A stretch of DNA of 44,728 bases, counting the filler, from Jimgerdemannia flammicorona (taxonomy: Eukaryota), in assembly GCA_003990765.1 (NCBI GenBank). It is 2 parts of 2 records of this genome, joined end to end, with 100 filler letters (N's around TTAATTAATTAA, not from the genome) between each part and the next. Parts side by side here need not be neighbours in the genome. Positions count along the whole stretch, not along the records: positions 1 to 22,315 come from RBNJ01001304.1; 1 more part is not named here. One strand, given 5' to 3'. The translations under genes were made by a program, and so were the position numbers. The notes under the pieces are model-generated. The model made no database searches. It was given only the letters and a program-made list of their open reading frames with translations, and was not told the origin of the DNA. Shown in pieces: positions 1-11,179 of this stretch. How positions within the stretch are numbered: the stretch's first letter is position 1; every line of letters begins with the position of its first letter.

Positions 1-288
1 TTCCAAGGCCCAAGCATCCGGGTTAGATCCCCCCAAGACCCCACATTTGTCCCCTATTTTGTGGAAGAGAACCTCATAGACTGGAGAGCTCCAGACCTTG
101 TTCCCGATTTCCCCGCCACACCCGAACGTGATGACGTCATCGATGACGTCATCCTGCGCAACATCGAGGCACGCGAAAATGACGAAGTATGCGAGACGTG
201 CGACCTACATGACGAATTCGCGGACCTCATCTCCTTCAGTGATGATGATGATGATGAAGCTCCCATGATCCTGAACTTTCTGCTCTAA
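1..288 (+). CDS. C-terminal part of the LTR-A-encoded ORF (acidic tail), open frame, 5' end outside window
   Basis: Frame 1 is open from base 1: FQGPSIRVRSPQDPTFVPYFVEENLIDWRAPDLVPDF...DLISFSDDDDDEAPMILNFLL*. It is the same frame and sequence as the end of the ORF at 27069-27909. Confidence 0.7.
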   Translation, partial: FQGPSIRVRSPQDPTFVPYFVEENLIDWRAPDLVPDFPATPERDDVIDDVILRNIEARENDEVCETCDLHDEFADLISFSDDDDDEAPMILNFLL

Positions 289-308
289 AAGTTCTTTGTT
301 ACATTAGA

Positions 309-460
309 TAATGCCAGCACCGGTATTCTCATGTAACACTGAATAATGCCAGCACCAGTATTCTCATGTAACACTGAATAATGCCAGCACCGGTATTCTG
401 AGGTGACACGAAATTGTTCCAGCACCGGTATTTTGATATGGTACTAAATAATGCTAGCTC
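309..460 (+). repeat. 35-bp tandem repeat (~4.4 copies) inside LTR A, between ORF stop and TATA box
   Basis: Unit TAATGCCAGCACCGGTATTCTCATGTAACACTGAA starts at 309, 344, 379, 414 and (partial) 449. Confidence 0.9.
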
Positions 461-533
461 TGGAACTCAGTAGTTTTAGTTATTGGAGTTTATATTTAGC
501 TTTATATCTTAGTAACCATTGAATTATATTTTG

Positions 534-543
534 TATAAATACC
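534..543 (+). promoter_or_regulatory. Putative LTR TATA box (TATAAATACC)
   Basis: The same TATAAATACC motif occurs at the equivalent position in LTR A copy 2 (26851-26860, minus), LTR B (41632-41641, minus) and LTR C (28572-28581, plus). Confidence 0.65.
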
Positions 544-774
544 TCCCTTATTTCCTCTGAAATAAAGTCAGTCAAGTTTCAGTTCACTTATACACACTTC
601 CTTGCAAGCAATCTAAGAGATAACAAGACAGTTAAAGATAAGAAGTTTGAGGACTATAAGACCTTGGGAAGGCACTCCAATAAGAACTTGCTTATAACAA
701 CTTGAGTTAGTCTAAGAGATATACCTTGAAGAGAATCTGGCATATTTGAAGGACTCAGCGACCACTATGTGATA

Positions 775-1990
775 TTATAAATAATAAATCTGATTTAGTA
801 TTAGGTAAGAAGTTATATTATAAATCTGATATACTTTTTGATTATATTGTTTTGCTTTTGATCTTCTTCTTTTTTAGTAAGATAGAGTAGTGCTTTTTTG
901 ACCAGATGGATAATTACTATTTCTTATTCTTTTTTGATTTAGTTATACTGAATTTATTCATTATATTATAATTTTTTATCAAATAGATAATTTTTTACAA
1001 TAGTATCCTTAGAGATAATATTGGTAGTATATTTATACAATTTAGAGTATATTCTAGTTAACTTTGAGTTTTGTTCCAAAATTATATCTTGAGCTTATCT
1101 AAGAGTAGTACTAATTTGTTGAAGTGTTTTTTGACTTTGACAGTTTATTTAGCTTTTTTTAGAAGTTATTATTATTATTGATATCTCTTGATATTTTGTT
1201 TGGCACTAACAGTAACTTTTTATTTTATCAAAACTTATTCTCTATTATTGAAAGACTCTTCATTACTAACTAGAGATAGTAATGAGATTTCTTCTATTTT
1301 AATTATATAAAACAATTCTTTAATAACTATAATTTATATTTCTTTCTATATTATATATATATATAATAAATAACTAGATTTTATCAATAGTATTAAGAAT
1401 ATTATATAGAAAATCAGAATAGTTGAGTTATTGTTCTATTTTGTATTTATTTATCAAAGTAAATTTTCTAAGCCTCAAATTTTATTACTCACTCTGATGC
1501 TCTTTTTCAATATCTATCCATTTAAGTATAACTATAAGTAGTCTCAAATAGTGGTCTTGAGTAGTAATCTTAAGTAGTCTTAAATAGTGATCTTAAGCAG
1601 CCTTGAACAGCACCATTGAGTAGTCTTAAATAGTGATCTTAAGCAGCCTTGAACAGCACCATTGAGTAGTCTTAAATAGATACCCTTGGTCTTGAAGTAT
1701 ATTGAGTAAGTTGACTTTATAATTAAAGCCAAATTTTGAGATATACTCTGAATATCTATACTGTATATATATATAAAAATCAAAGTACTAGTGATCAGTA
1801 AGTGAAAATGGAGAAAATTTTTCTGATAAAAGTTGCTCAGAATGTCAACATAGAGAAAATTACAGCTCTGTTTTATACTAGTGGTCTGTGTCAAAAGTTA
1901 CATATCAAAAGTCAGTAGTCCAAAAGAAATTTTATATAAAAAGGAAGTACTTGTTATGGCTGGCAGAATTCTGGAGCTAACTGTGTACTT
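775..1990. repeat. Heavily decayed AT-rich repeat relic, family not identifiable
   Basis: CpG-free, TpA-rich composition like the decayed TEs elsewhere in the window. No recognisable motif. Confidence 0.4.
1574..1679. repeat. 46-bp perfect tandem repeat (2.3 copies)
   Basis: GTAGTCTTAAATAGTGATCTTAAGCAGCCTTGAACAGCACCATTGA at 1574 and 1620, partial at 1666. Confidence 0.9.
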
Positions 1991-2972
1991 GGTTTTGTAA
2001 AAAAGTGATTATTGAAAGATATCCTAGATGTGGAAGGTGTTTCCATATTTAGCAGGCAGCCCTATGAATTTATCTACCATGATTTTAGTAGAAAGCAGTT
2101 ACATGGTGAGGTATACCTGCCAAAATCGTCTGCATTACGCGAACAAGAGAACCACTAACCCTTGTAATTTGCTTCCATTGAGCCAGCACGTTACAATACT
2201 GATCCATTTAAATATCAGCCAAAATAAGACCAACGATCAGCAGCAATCTTCAACGATCATAAAAATCAATGTTGATCCGATTGACATCGGCTGGTGTGCT
2301 TTGTCCCAGCGAACTTATATAAGATAGAATTCCAAATTCCAAAGAGGTGAAGCTTTAGATCGCAATTTCTTCCAGAAGGTTTGCGATGTAACCAATATTG
2401 GGGAAACATGTCATCTTGCATAGCTTTTTAAAGTTTTCCAGAGGACGATCTGACTATGCCTGACACGGCGATGTCAGATTCAGTGATTCATGTGGTGCCT
2501 GTTCTGACTAGACACAACAACTGTATGTATGGAACAGAACCTTATACCACTTGGGTGTGTGTGTGGTTATCCGTATTTGGCTCGATACCGGTGATATATA
2601 ATTACAAGGAGCCTGGTTATGGCCTAGATTGCACTGGATGCGCGGAAGTACGGATTCGGCTGGCGAATATGACGGAATATGCTAAATGGACGTACAATAA
2701 GATTGATACGACCTTATTGATTGTCGAGGTGTAACTCAATTCGGAAACTTTACGGATAAGGAAACGTCATTGCAAGTAAATTCTGAATAAATATTTAATT
2801 GTCCGGCCTGTTGCTTACAAACAAATAATTCCTATGGGTTCATAAATAATTCTTGCGTCGTGATTACAGGGAAAATGAACTTTACTATAATTGACCTCCA
2901 AGGTAATCTACGATGGTACATATATTTTAAGATCGTGGGCATCGCGTATAGAAAACTCTAAAATGAGTAGTA

Positions 2973-5041
2973 TTACTCTAACGGCTTAATCCCGAATGTA
3001 TAATGCAGGTTTCCCAGCGTCTTGCATTCCTTCATCTCTATGTACGCCTGTTCAACCATTTCTTTGTATTCTTCCTCCGTCATCTCCATGAACGGTCGTA
3101 GCATGGGCCTTAGGGTTTCCACAATCTTCTTGATGTTATCTCCTGCCATACCGCCGAGACGGCCGCCCCACCGAATTGGGTACGAGACGTAGTCGCAGTG
3201 AATTTCTTGGAAGTACGGCTCCAGCAGCTCCCCAAGATCATCCGTGACATCTACGTAGACGCCACGCCTTTTGAGTATCTCATAAACTGAAAGAGGTGTG
3301 GAAAAAGGGTTTGGGGTGGTATTGAGTCGTGGGGAATGAGTATTGAGTATGTAAACATGCTATCGATGGTGTGAACTTACATGCATTGTTCCACTTTGTG
3401 TAGTTTGGTCCCCGTTCGTATTGTCGGACCTCGCTTTCGACTGTAATAAAGGCATAACAGAGTTGAAATATATTTCATCACAGCATCATAGTTTGCCGAA
3501 GAATAAATAAAATCCTTACTTATTTCCACGATGCCACCCGGTTTCGCAACCCGGACCATCTCTTTCACAGCCATTTTCCATTGTTCTTCTGTGAACACCG
3601 TGACCATTAACCTGTTTTACAGAAATATCGTATCATGACATCATATAACATGAGACACGCGAATTGAAACCGATTTCGAAATCGCGTACTATCACAACAA
3701 AGAAAAAAGAAGAAAAAAAAAAAGGAGAGGGGGGGGGGAAGAGGGGAGGTATTACCTCTGCATCACGTAGTCAAAGGTGTTGTCCTCGAACGGTAACCCC
3801 AAGGTGTCTGCGACAATGAACGTGACATTTGGTCGCGTGTGGTTGCGTTCAGTGTCGAGAATGTCGGAGCCGGTAAAGTGAGATTTTGGAAAATCTGCGG
3901 ACAATTCCTGGAACATGGGGTGAGAGGGAAATTGTCGTATGTGCTATATACGTGAAGATGCGTCGTTCCGGAATAGGCAGGTGGCTGGGAAAACGAAAGA
4001 GCGGCTTACCAAAATCCATGTGCCGGATCCGCAACTTAGAATGATATAAAATAATTGGTAGAATGTTCTTTAGTCCCAGATCTAGATGATAGAATATACG
4101 GCGGGCGGCGGGCAAGGATCCGTACTTACCCGACGTCGAGCACCTTGATCCCTCTTTCTAGTTTTTCGTCCATTGGGGCCGTGAAGTTCCTGGAGAACTC
4201 CCATAAAAATATTGTCAAACTCCATCAACGTTGCGAAATCATTTCAACATAAACAATCAATTATTAAAGTGGGCGCATCTCAACGAACAGACACATACCC
4301 CTGAAAAGTTTGTCTACGGATGTATGATTGGCATGAAGCAAGTAAGAAGTCAGAGTCGAGATAGGTAGTCGAAAAAACGGGAATATCAACATGGTAGATA
4401 AACCCACCTCAGCATATAGTGCTGGAATTCCAGCCTCATCAACTCGTCATTATCACTCGGCAACATAAAATTTTTGTTCTCGAGGAATCTTCTCCCGTCA
4501 ACAAACTGGAAACGACTGGTGGTAGGTATCCTTCGCGTGTGAACTTTGGGAACACGAGGTTCTTCTACTACAAGATGGAGTAGTGCAAGAAATACGCATG
4601 GCATTGTGAATCAGACTGGAAGCAACACCCAAACTTTATGGGAAAGAGGAGCTGCAAGAGAATGAACGCACACCATCGGGACTTATGGTTTCAGGATCGG
4701 GGTCCTCTGGTAAGATATACGTGCGGACGGTAAGGGAAAACCGTACGTTTTTGGGTCTTCTCTTTGAGCGGCTTCCGTTTTCGGAAACGGTTTCGGGGCT
4801 CCTGAGGATACCGGAGCCGCTGCGAGGGCTTCCTTCTATGGGAACACAGGACGAGGACGAAGGCGGGACTGTAAGAGAAGTGGCAACGCTGTCTGCGGAT
4901 CAACAAACACATCAATGAGCGACACTCAAGGCCGGAGAAGTGTTACGCAACACCGTACGGCAAACTGGGGGGGGGGGGGGGGGGGGGAGGTGGGAAGATA
5001 GACGCACCAGCAGGAAGGCTTTCAGTGCCATGGTCGCCCAT
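2973..5041 (-). CDS. Class I SAM-dependent methyltransferase (LaeA-like / Methyltransf_11-25 type), 10 exons, 376 aa
   Basis: Exons 5041-5008, 4892-4674, 4567-4408, 4313-4299, 4189-4130, 4034-4010, 3907-3756, 3611-3520, 3440-3381, 3286-2973. All introns are GT-AG and phase-consistent, giving 1131 nt. Motifs: GRRF..FMLPSDNDELMRLEFQHYMLR, VLDVGCGSGTW (motif I), FTGSDI, LPFEDNTFDYV, EMVRVAKPGGIVEIIE. Confidence 0.92.
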
Positions 5042-8000
5042 ACCGGACGAGGTTTCCGCGCAGTTGTGTAAACGAAAAAGGGTAAGGTAGGGAAAAAGGT
5101 CTTTCTTGGGGGGATTTGTTTGCTGGTCGCTGTACGACCCAGTGACCCTATAATGTGATCTGTCACCACACACGCGAGTGAAGGTTCAATTCAAGGCAAT
5201 GCCACGAGGACGCGACGATCCAAATGCAAGCGCCACAAAACAAAACCTACGAACGTGATTCAGTCCGTCGTGCAGTGCACGATCCAGAGCGCGGTTCAAT
5301 CCCTTTCTGACCCATCGCCGTCAGCTTCAGTCTGCTTTGGCATCCAGCTCCTTACCCCCTCCAACCCAACAAACCGAAATCCGGGCGAAGACTAATTATA
5401 ATCTGGGGGTTGTGCATATTTACGTCTTAAAAAAATATTAAGGCTTCATAAAACGATCGGTGGCATCAACACTGTAACACTTTAAAGATTTCATATTAAG
5501 ACCAATCGACGCGAAATTAAAACCCTTTGCAGGACCCCGACTTTCTGCACTCTTTGCAGAATACTCGGGGCATTAATATTGCAGTCACCACACCAGATAT
5601 CTAGAGATTCCACTAACTAGGAACAGTGCGTTCGTATCACGTAACAAACGTGTACAATATATACCAATCTAGCTAGAACAAGTGCTGCGCGTTTGAAACA
5701 AGGCAATACAGGTTTGTCAGAAGTATTTAAAGGAACCTGCAAAGCACGTCCGGCGGCGCGAAGACAATTGTCAATTATGTTGGGCCCCTGTTTGTTCTTG
5801 GACAAAGATATCTTCCCTCAAGGCTCCTACGTCCCCCACCCAAGGAACTTCGTTCCGTGACTGTTGGTCCAAGTTCGTCCAACCATTGGCACAGGAATTG
5901 TGTGGATTCGGTTATGTGCATGATCGTATGACCAAGATGCACGGTTCAGTGTCTCGTGTAATGCCAGGCCGAAATTCTGGCCAATTTATATTTCGAAACT
6001 ACCAAAGAAAATGCTCCCCGGGGGTCAGGCTTGAAACCTAGTATGCGAATACTTTGTGTTATGGCGGCTGAAATACATAAAGACCGATTATTTGATAACC
6101 CAGCAGCATTGCAAAATCGGATTCTTTTGTTCTATTTGAAGGGCTTTTTCTATACGGAGAGTAATTTCCGGTATTTTAGATGGTCAACCCGAATTGGGAA
6201 ATGGGGCTGAAGAGCGTCATCCTGCAACATGCCATCATGAAGTAGTTTTCCTCTCTCCTATTCGGTTACCAAAAATGGACTCTTCAAGGTGTGAAAGTGC
6301 TCATGTAGAGATGACCTCTTCGGATTCTTTTCATTTACGGTACGATTCGTGCAATTGCGAGAAATAATACACAGACTCACCGCGTGTCAGCTCACTAATC
6401 ATGTAATACGCTTACAGAAAAGATATTCCAAAAAAAAAAAACTAGCAGGGTATACAACACCATCCCTTGCAGCCAACGCCAAGTTTGCGTTGCATAAGTT
6501 ATTTGTGTTGAGTGTTAGTAATATCATTTATTGATGCTGACATCTTGAAACTCGTATGCTCCATCCCATCGAGGACAGGCTGTTGAGGAAAGTAATATAT
6601 GGAATTAGTCAGTGTCATAAAACGATATATATATACCTCAACCAACATCATTAGTTTCTGCTACCATTTAACCGCTTCCACTTAACACAGTAATGCCCAT
6701 CACGTAACGGCTGTTAAAAACTCCTCTTCCCTTTTGAAAATATATTTGGTTCCCGTTAGCCCAGGCAAAATGACCATCCTCCACAAATTCAGGGTAAACA
6801 TTTATATCTCGTAATCGACACGGGAGGAAGGGTCATCACATACAACTGCGCCGCCTTGTGACCTAAACAAAAATAAACAAGAGCCAATTTTGATCAGGCG
6901 CAAAATAATAGAAAGTTCACATAACGTTCTATTTATGTGAAGCACACTTCTAGTCTGGTGGGTGTTGTTTGACCTTATTCTGTGGTTTGATTGTCTTCTT
7001 TTTGGCTGCACTCCGTTCTCTAATTAGGATAGTTGTCATGGTGACTTCAGAGAGTGCGCAAGCCGCCCTTGAATAATTATGTAAGCGATGTTATTTTAAT
7101 TATTTTATTTCGTGAGGGATGGGTTCTAAAATTAGCCTTGCAATTGGAAAATCTCATATATTTTTTTTATTTTTTTTTTTTTTTTAAATTTAATTTGGAG
7201 TTCTTAAATAGTATTAAAAATCGAGCAAAAAGGGAATATTGTTGTCATTGCTACACGATAACCCCTTCAGGAAAACGAGCGTATTGGGCAAAAGTTTGTG
7301 TTTCTGTGCCGTTTTTGGCCATATTGTTATCGCCGAATTTTCTGTCTGTGTAATAAGGACTTCAACTCTTCACCGAGAATAGCCTTCCTCGAATTCTATC
7401 ACTGAAAGAAACGAAAAAATGTGTTAATATGTATGTTTCATTATAACGGAAATTCAGTGAACCAACCAAGAGACAATACTTCGAACCTATGATAACAATT
7501 ATGCTAGCTTTTCATGAATGACGTTGGCGAAACCGGTTCTAGGATGACAAATGCAGCCATTTAACTTGTTCGTCGACTTCCTATCCGAACGAATGACAGA
7601 CTACATAAAATGAGACTGGGAGATGACTCTATTGTTAAGCGTGAATGAGCTTTCATATATTTTTAGCACAATAAATAAATAATAAAGTTGGTTTTCGTTT
7701 ATTCACGCGTGGGATTTTGAAGCTCCTGCTTCTTGTAGCTTGTCACGGGAACATTCTTGCAATGTGTATCCTTAGAAAAAGAGGAAAAAAAAGAAAAAAA
7801 AAAAAGCATTATATAAGATAAGCATAAAATAACATTTATTATGAGCGTCATAACCAGAAAGATGCAATAAGCTCACGATCACGAGTGAGCAATCGGATCA
7901 TGTACATACCTTTATGATTTGTCGATTGAAGTCATATCAAATTGAAAAGGTGGACATGAAAGGCACTTAGAAAAGGTCAAAGACATTGCTTTCACACCAA

Positions 8001-8758
8001 AATCAAAACAGCGTTAGCCGTTGGATCAGGTGTTCTCTTCGCTCCAGATTTTTAATTTTGCAATCGTAGGGGCGTGGCCAATGGGTACCCATGACTTCCA
8101 TATCCGAATGTAGTGGTGAACCGCGCCGGTGTGCTTTGCGATGGAAGGAGACGCAAATCCGTGTCACGTCAGGGATCCGGGGTGGGTCAAAAACCGAATG
8201 GCAGGAGCTGATTGTTATGCACGACGCTTATTCATGAGCGAATTGTGTTACCAATTTAAGAAAAAGCAAAAGAGTTCCACCACAACCTGTCTAGCAACTT
8301 CGTAATCATTCGAGGCTAAGAAAAATTACCATTCAGGAGGTCTGAAGCGTCATTGCTTGTTGCTCTACATCTAGCTGTCCCCACAACTATAGTCATATCC
8401 ATTGGCGGCCCCTATTCGGCAGAACACTAGAAACGGAACGTATTTCGCCTCTTAAAAATAAAATGATGCAATAATGATCGCTTAACCAATGAACTCGAGA
8501 CCAAGTCGAGGTGCAGTGTGGAAACTATGGGGGATAACTAATGCGATATCAGCTTTATAGTAATCTAGATCGTTTGCACGATCGGGTACGCGAACAGTCA
8601 TCGATATACCATTCGGAATGAAACCAGTCCCACATCCAGCGCCCAACAAACCCTTAAGAACCACCAGTGGCCCCGTGGCATGACATTTTGGCTGGGTTTT
8701 GGCCCGTAGTTAGTTAGACCATCATTATTTAACTTGCACTTCGAAAAGGTAAGTACAG

Positions 8759-10054
8759 TGTAATAAAACAATACACTGATAGGATTAATATGTTGTAGAT
8801 AATCAAGATTGATTATCAGCCCTAAGTTCTGAGTTCTTGTGAGGAAGCACTGAGTTCCAATTGCCTGTCATGGCAGTGTAACCCAAGTATTGCTTTTGGG
8901 TTCTTGTGCTGGTGAAAGTTCTGTACTTGTATCCCAAGTTGATCAGGCTTGGAATTGTTAATAAGTCAGATCTGAGGGTTCTGTGATAAGAATACTGCTT
9001 TATTCTTATATTCAGAGAAAGTGGAGCTGAGGTTACAATATACTTAGTATAGAAAGTAATTATATAGATTTGATGCTATAACTAAATATAGAGTGCTGGA
9101 TATGTCTATATGTATTTATATATACTATATTCAGTATCTATGACTACTAGTTAGAAATTTCTATTGAAAATTCTAGTAACTTGTAGATATATAATGATTC
9201 ATTATATCCTTCCTTTCTTTATCTAAACCTATTTATTAGATTTAGTACTAAACTCTAGATACTTATCAACTAAAGTGCAGTATACTGGACTACTTGAAAT
9301 ATAATATTGCTCTATTTTTTATTACTCAAATTAGCAATATTCTCAGAGGATACTCTATAGAGATAGTCAAGGACTTGAGGTTGGGTGCAGAAAAGAACAT
9401 AGAGTCTCTTGGTAATAATATGGATATGGTTGTCAATGAAAAGACAGACTTATTGCTTGATACTACTGAGAGTAGCTTATTGATAGATAAGATATCTAAT
9501 CTTATAGTACTCTTTTAGTTTTTATTGATAATAGAAGGCTAATTCTTTCAAGATATTGTTAGACTTTATTTGAGTCTGGGTCTCCAGAGATTTGTATATT
9601 GATAGAGAGTAGTTTGATAGAATTTTATTAGTATTCAATAGTTATAAATAATCTTGTTCTTAGTTTGTTTTTAGTATCTTTACTAGGTACTCATATTGTA
9701 GTGGGTTTTTTGTATAGAATTTGTTTATATTATTTATACTTATCTTTATTAGAGATATTTAGAGATATATATAACTGTCTTTTGAAAATTCTATTGAAAT
9801 TTTCATTATATCAGATGTCTGTATTGAATTACTACTTCTTTTATATTAGGTAAAGATTATCTTCTTTTTTTCCAGATAGTATTGAATGAGCTTAAGCTCA
9901 TCTAAATTAGTAATCCTTATAATTCAGAATATAATTAACTTTGTATTTTAGTTTTTAATTAATAATAAAAGATGTTTTTAATATATAGCTAGAGTTGATA
10001 TATGTGAAATACTGGATATATTTTTTCTAGAGTTGCTGGAAGATCTAACTTATA
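8759..10054 (-). mobile_element. Solo LTR, family C (1296 bp), decayed
   Basis: Termini TGTAA...TTATA (=TTACA with C->T). Flanks TACAG (8754-8758) and TACAA (10055-10059) form a near-perfect 5-bp TSD. The left ~730 bp is homologous to the reverse complement of 28152-28875. Confidence 0.8.
9190..9760 (-). pseudogene. Decayed LTR-C-encoded ORF (ends approximate)
   Basis: From 9512 the minus frame reads EYYKIRYLIYQ*ATLSSIKQ*VCLFIDNHIHIITKRLYVLFCTQPQVLDYLYRVSSENIANLSN, which aligns with the LTR A and LTR B ORFs. Confidence 0.7.
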
Positions 10055-10269
10055 TACAATAGGACTATACTTTACTAAGATCTTAAATAGTCGCACAAAG
10101 TTATGGCTAATGAGTTTATGCATGGCTTATTAGGTTCATAGTTAGCTTTGCTTTCTGACTTGGGAGGCCTGATCTTTATGATGCTGGCCGGATTAACCCA
10201 CCAGTTCAAACTATCTAAGAACTGGAAACTACTCTTGCTGGTAAAAAAAAAAAAAAAAAAAAAAAAAAG

Positions 10270-11170
10270 ATATTATATAGTCTAATATAATAGAGTTTAG
10301 GTTTCTTCTTCGGTCCTATATTATTTAGAGTCAGATATTATATACTGAGTAATACCTATTCACCTTTTTCATATATAACTTTTCTTCTATTTTTATCAGT
10401 ATATACTACTTATATTCTTTATACTTCTATAAGAGTATTATATACTTAATAGATGATATCTTATATATTATTAATGATTTCTTATACTACTGGCACTATT
10501 ACTCATATGTATAATAGTTGTGGGGGTTCAGGAGTATTATCTATGGTTCAGATAGAATGGAGTCATTTTTATACTTATACTTATACTATTATTATATATA
10601 AATTTAGTTAAGATCAGATTTTTGTCTCAATTATTCTACTTGTTATCTACTTCAGAGTTTAATTAATTCATTCTGTTTAGCTATCTATCTATGAGCAATA
10701 GACAATATATATATTAAGTTATACTCCTAATTCTTTGAAGAGTATCTGCTAGAAGTTGCTTGTAAACATTATATCTCTATCAGAGATAATTGCTGATAGT
10801 AACTTATAGAGATAAAATATATTATCAATAAATAATTATACTATTTCTGGAGCTGTTGTAGTAGTGGTTATTGTAATAAAATAAGTCTGCTTACTGAGAT
10901 AATTAATAAAGACAATAATTACATCTCTTCTTTTTTTTATTTTTAGCAGTTAGATAATGAAGTCCATTCTAATGTAGTTTTAATTTTGGATAGGAATTAG
11001 TAGTGACTATAGTGTTCTAGCTAAGACTTGATTGCTAGGCTTATATCTTTGGTAAATATTATAAGATATAATATAGTTCTTAATATTAGCTATTATCTTA
11101 GATCAGTAGAAATCTTGAGTAATATATTGATATATCTTGTCAAATCTCATATAATTAGCTATGGCTTCTA
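10270..11170 (-). pseudogene. Ty3/Gypsy integrase relic
   Basis: Stop-riddled minus-strand translation retains MDFII.L, IIVFINYLSKQTYFI, AIISDRDIMFTSNF*, *TE*IN*TL, PFYLNH and YTDKNRRKVIYEKGE*VLLS, i.e. the rve core and the downstream Gypsy region. Confidence 0.85.
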
Positions 11171-11179
11171 ATGAATAGA

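Larger units (their letters stand above)
1..774 (+). mobile_element. LTR family A, 3' part of a solo or 3' LTR (truncated by window start)
   Basis: Colinear with the reverse complement of 26623-27356. Homology stops at ACCACTATGTGATA (774), which matches the LTR end ACCACTACATGACA of the other copy. No PBS follows here. Confidence 0.9.

Noticed and set aside
309..460. CRISPR-like array
   Set aside because: Contiguous tandem units with no unique spacers, in a eukaryotic LTR context with no cas genes.
2028..2734. Short ORFs downstream of the methyltransferase
   Set aside because: No recognisable motifs or splice structure.
4912..5173. Poly-proline ORFs
   Set aside because: The C homopolymer lies in intron 1 (5007-4893) of the methyltransferase gene.
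8482..8664. 60-aa ORF with LLGAGCGTGF resembling SAM motif I
   Set aside because: It lacks the acidic residue of motif I, and no further methyltransferase motifs or convincing exons were found. Probably chance.
5200..8750. tRNA or other ncRNA in the unique CpG-normal region
   Set aside because: No cloverleaf or recognisable conserved RNA motif was seen by eye. An Infernal search would be needed to exclude one.
10096..10230. Decayed hammerhead ribozyme (CTAATGAG ... GAAAC)
   Set aside because: The core elements are too far apart and stem II cannot be closed.
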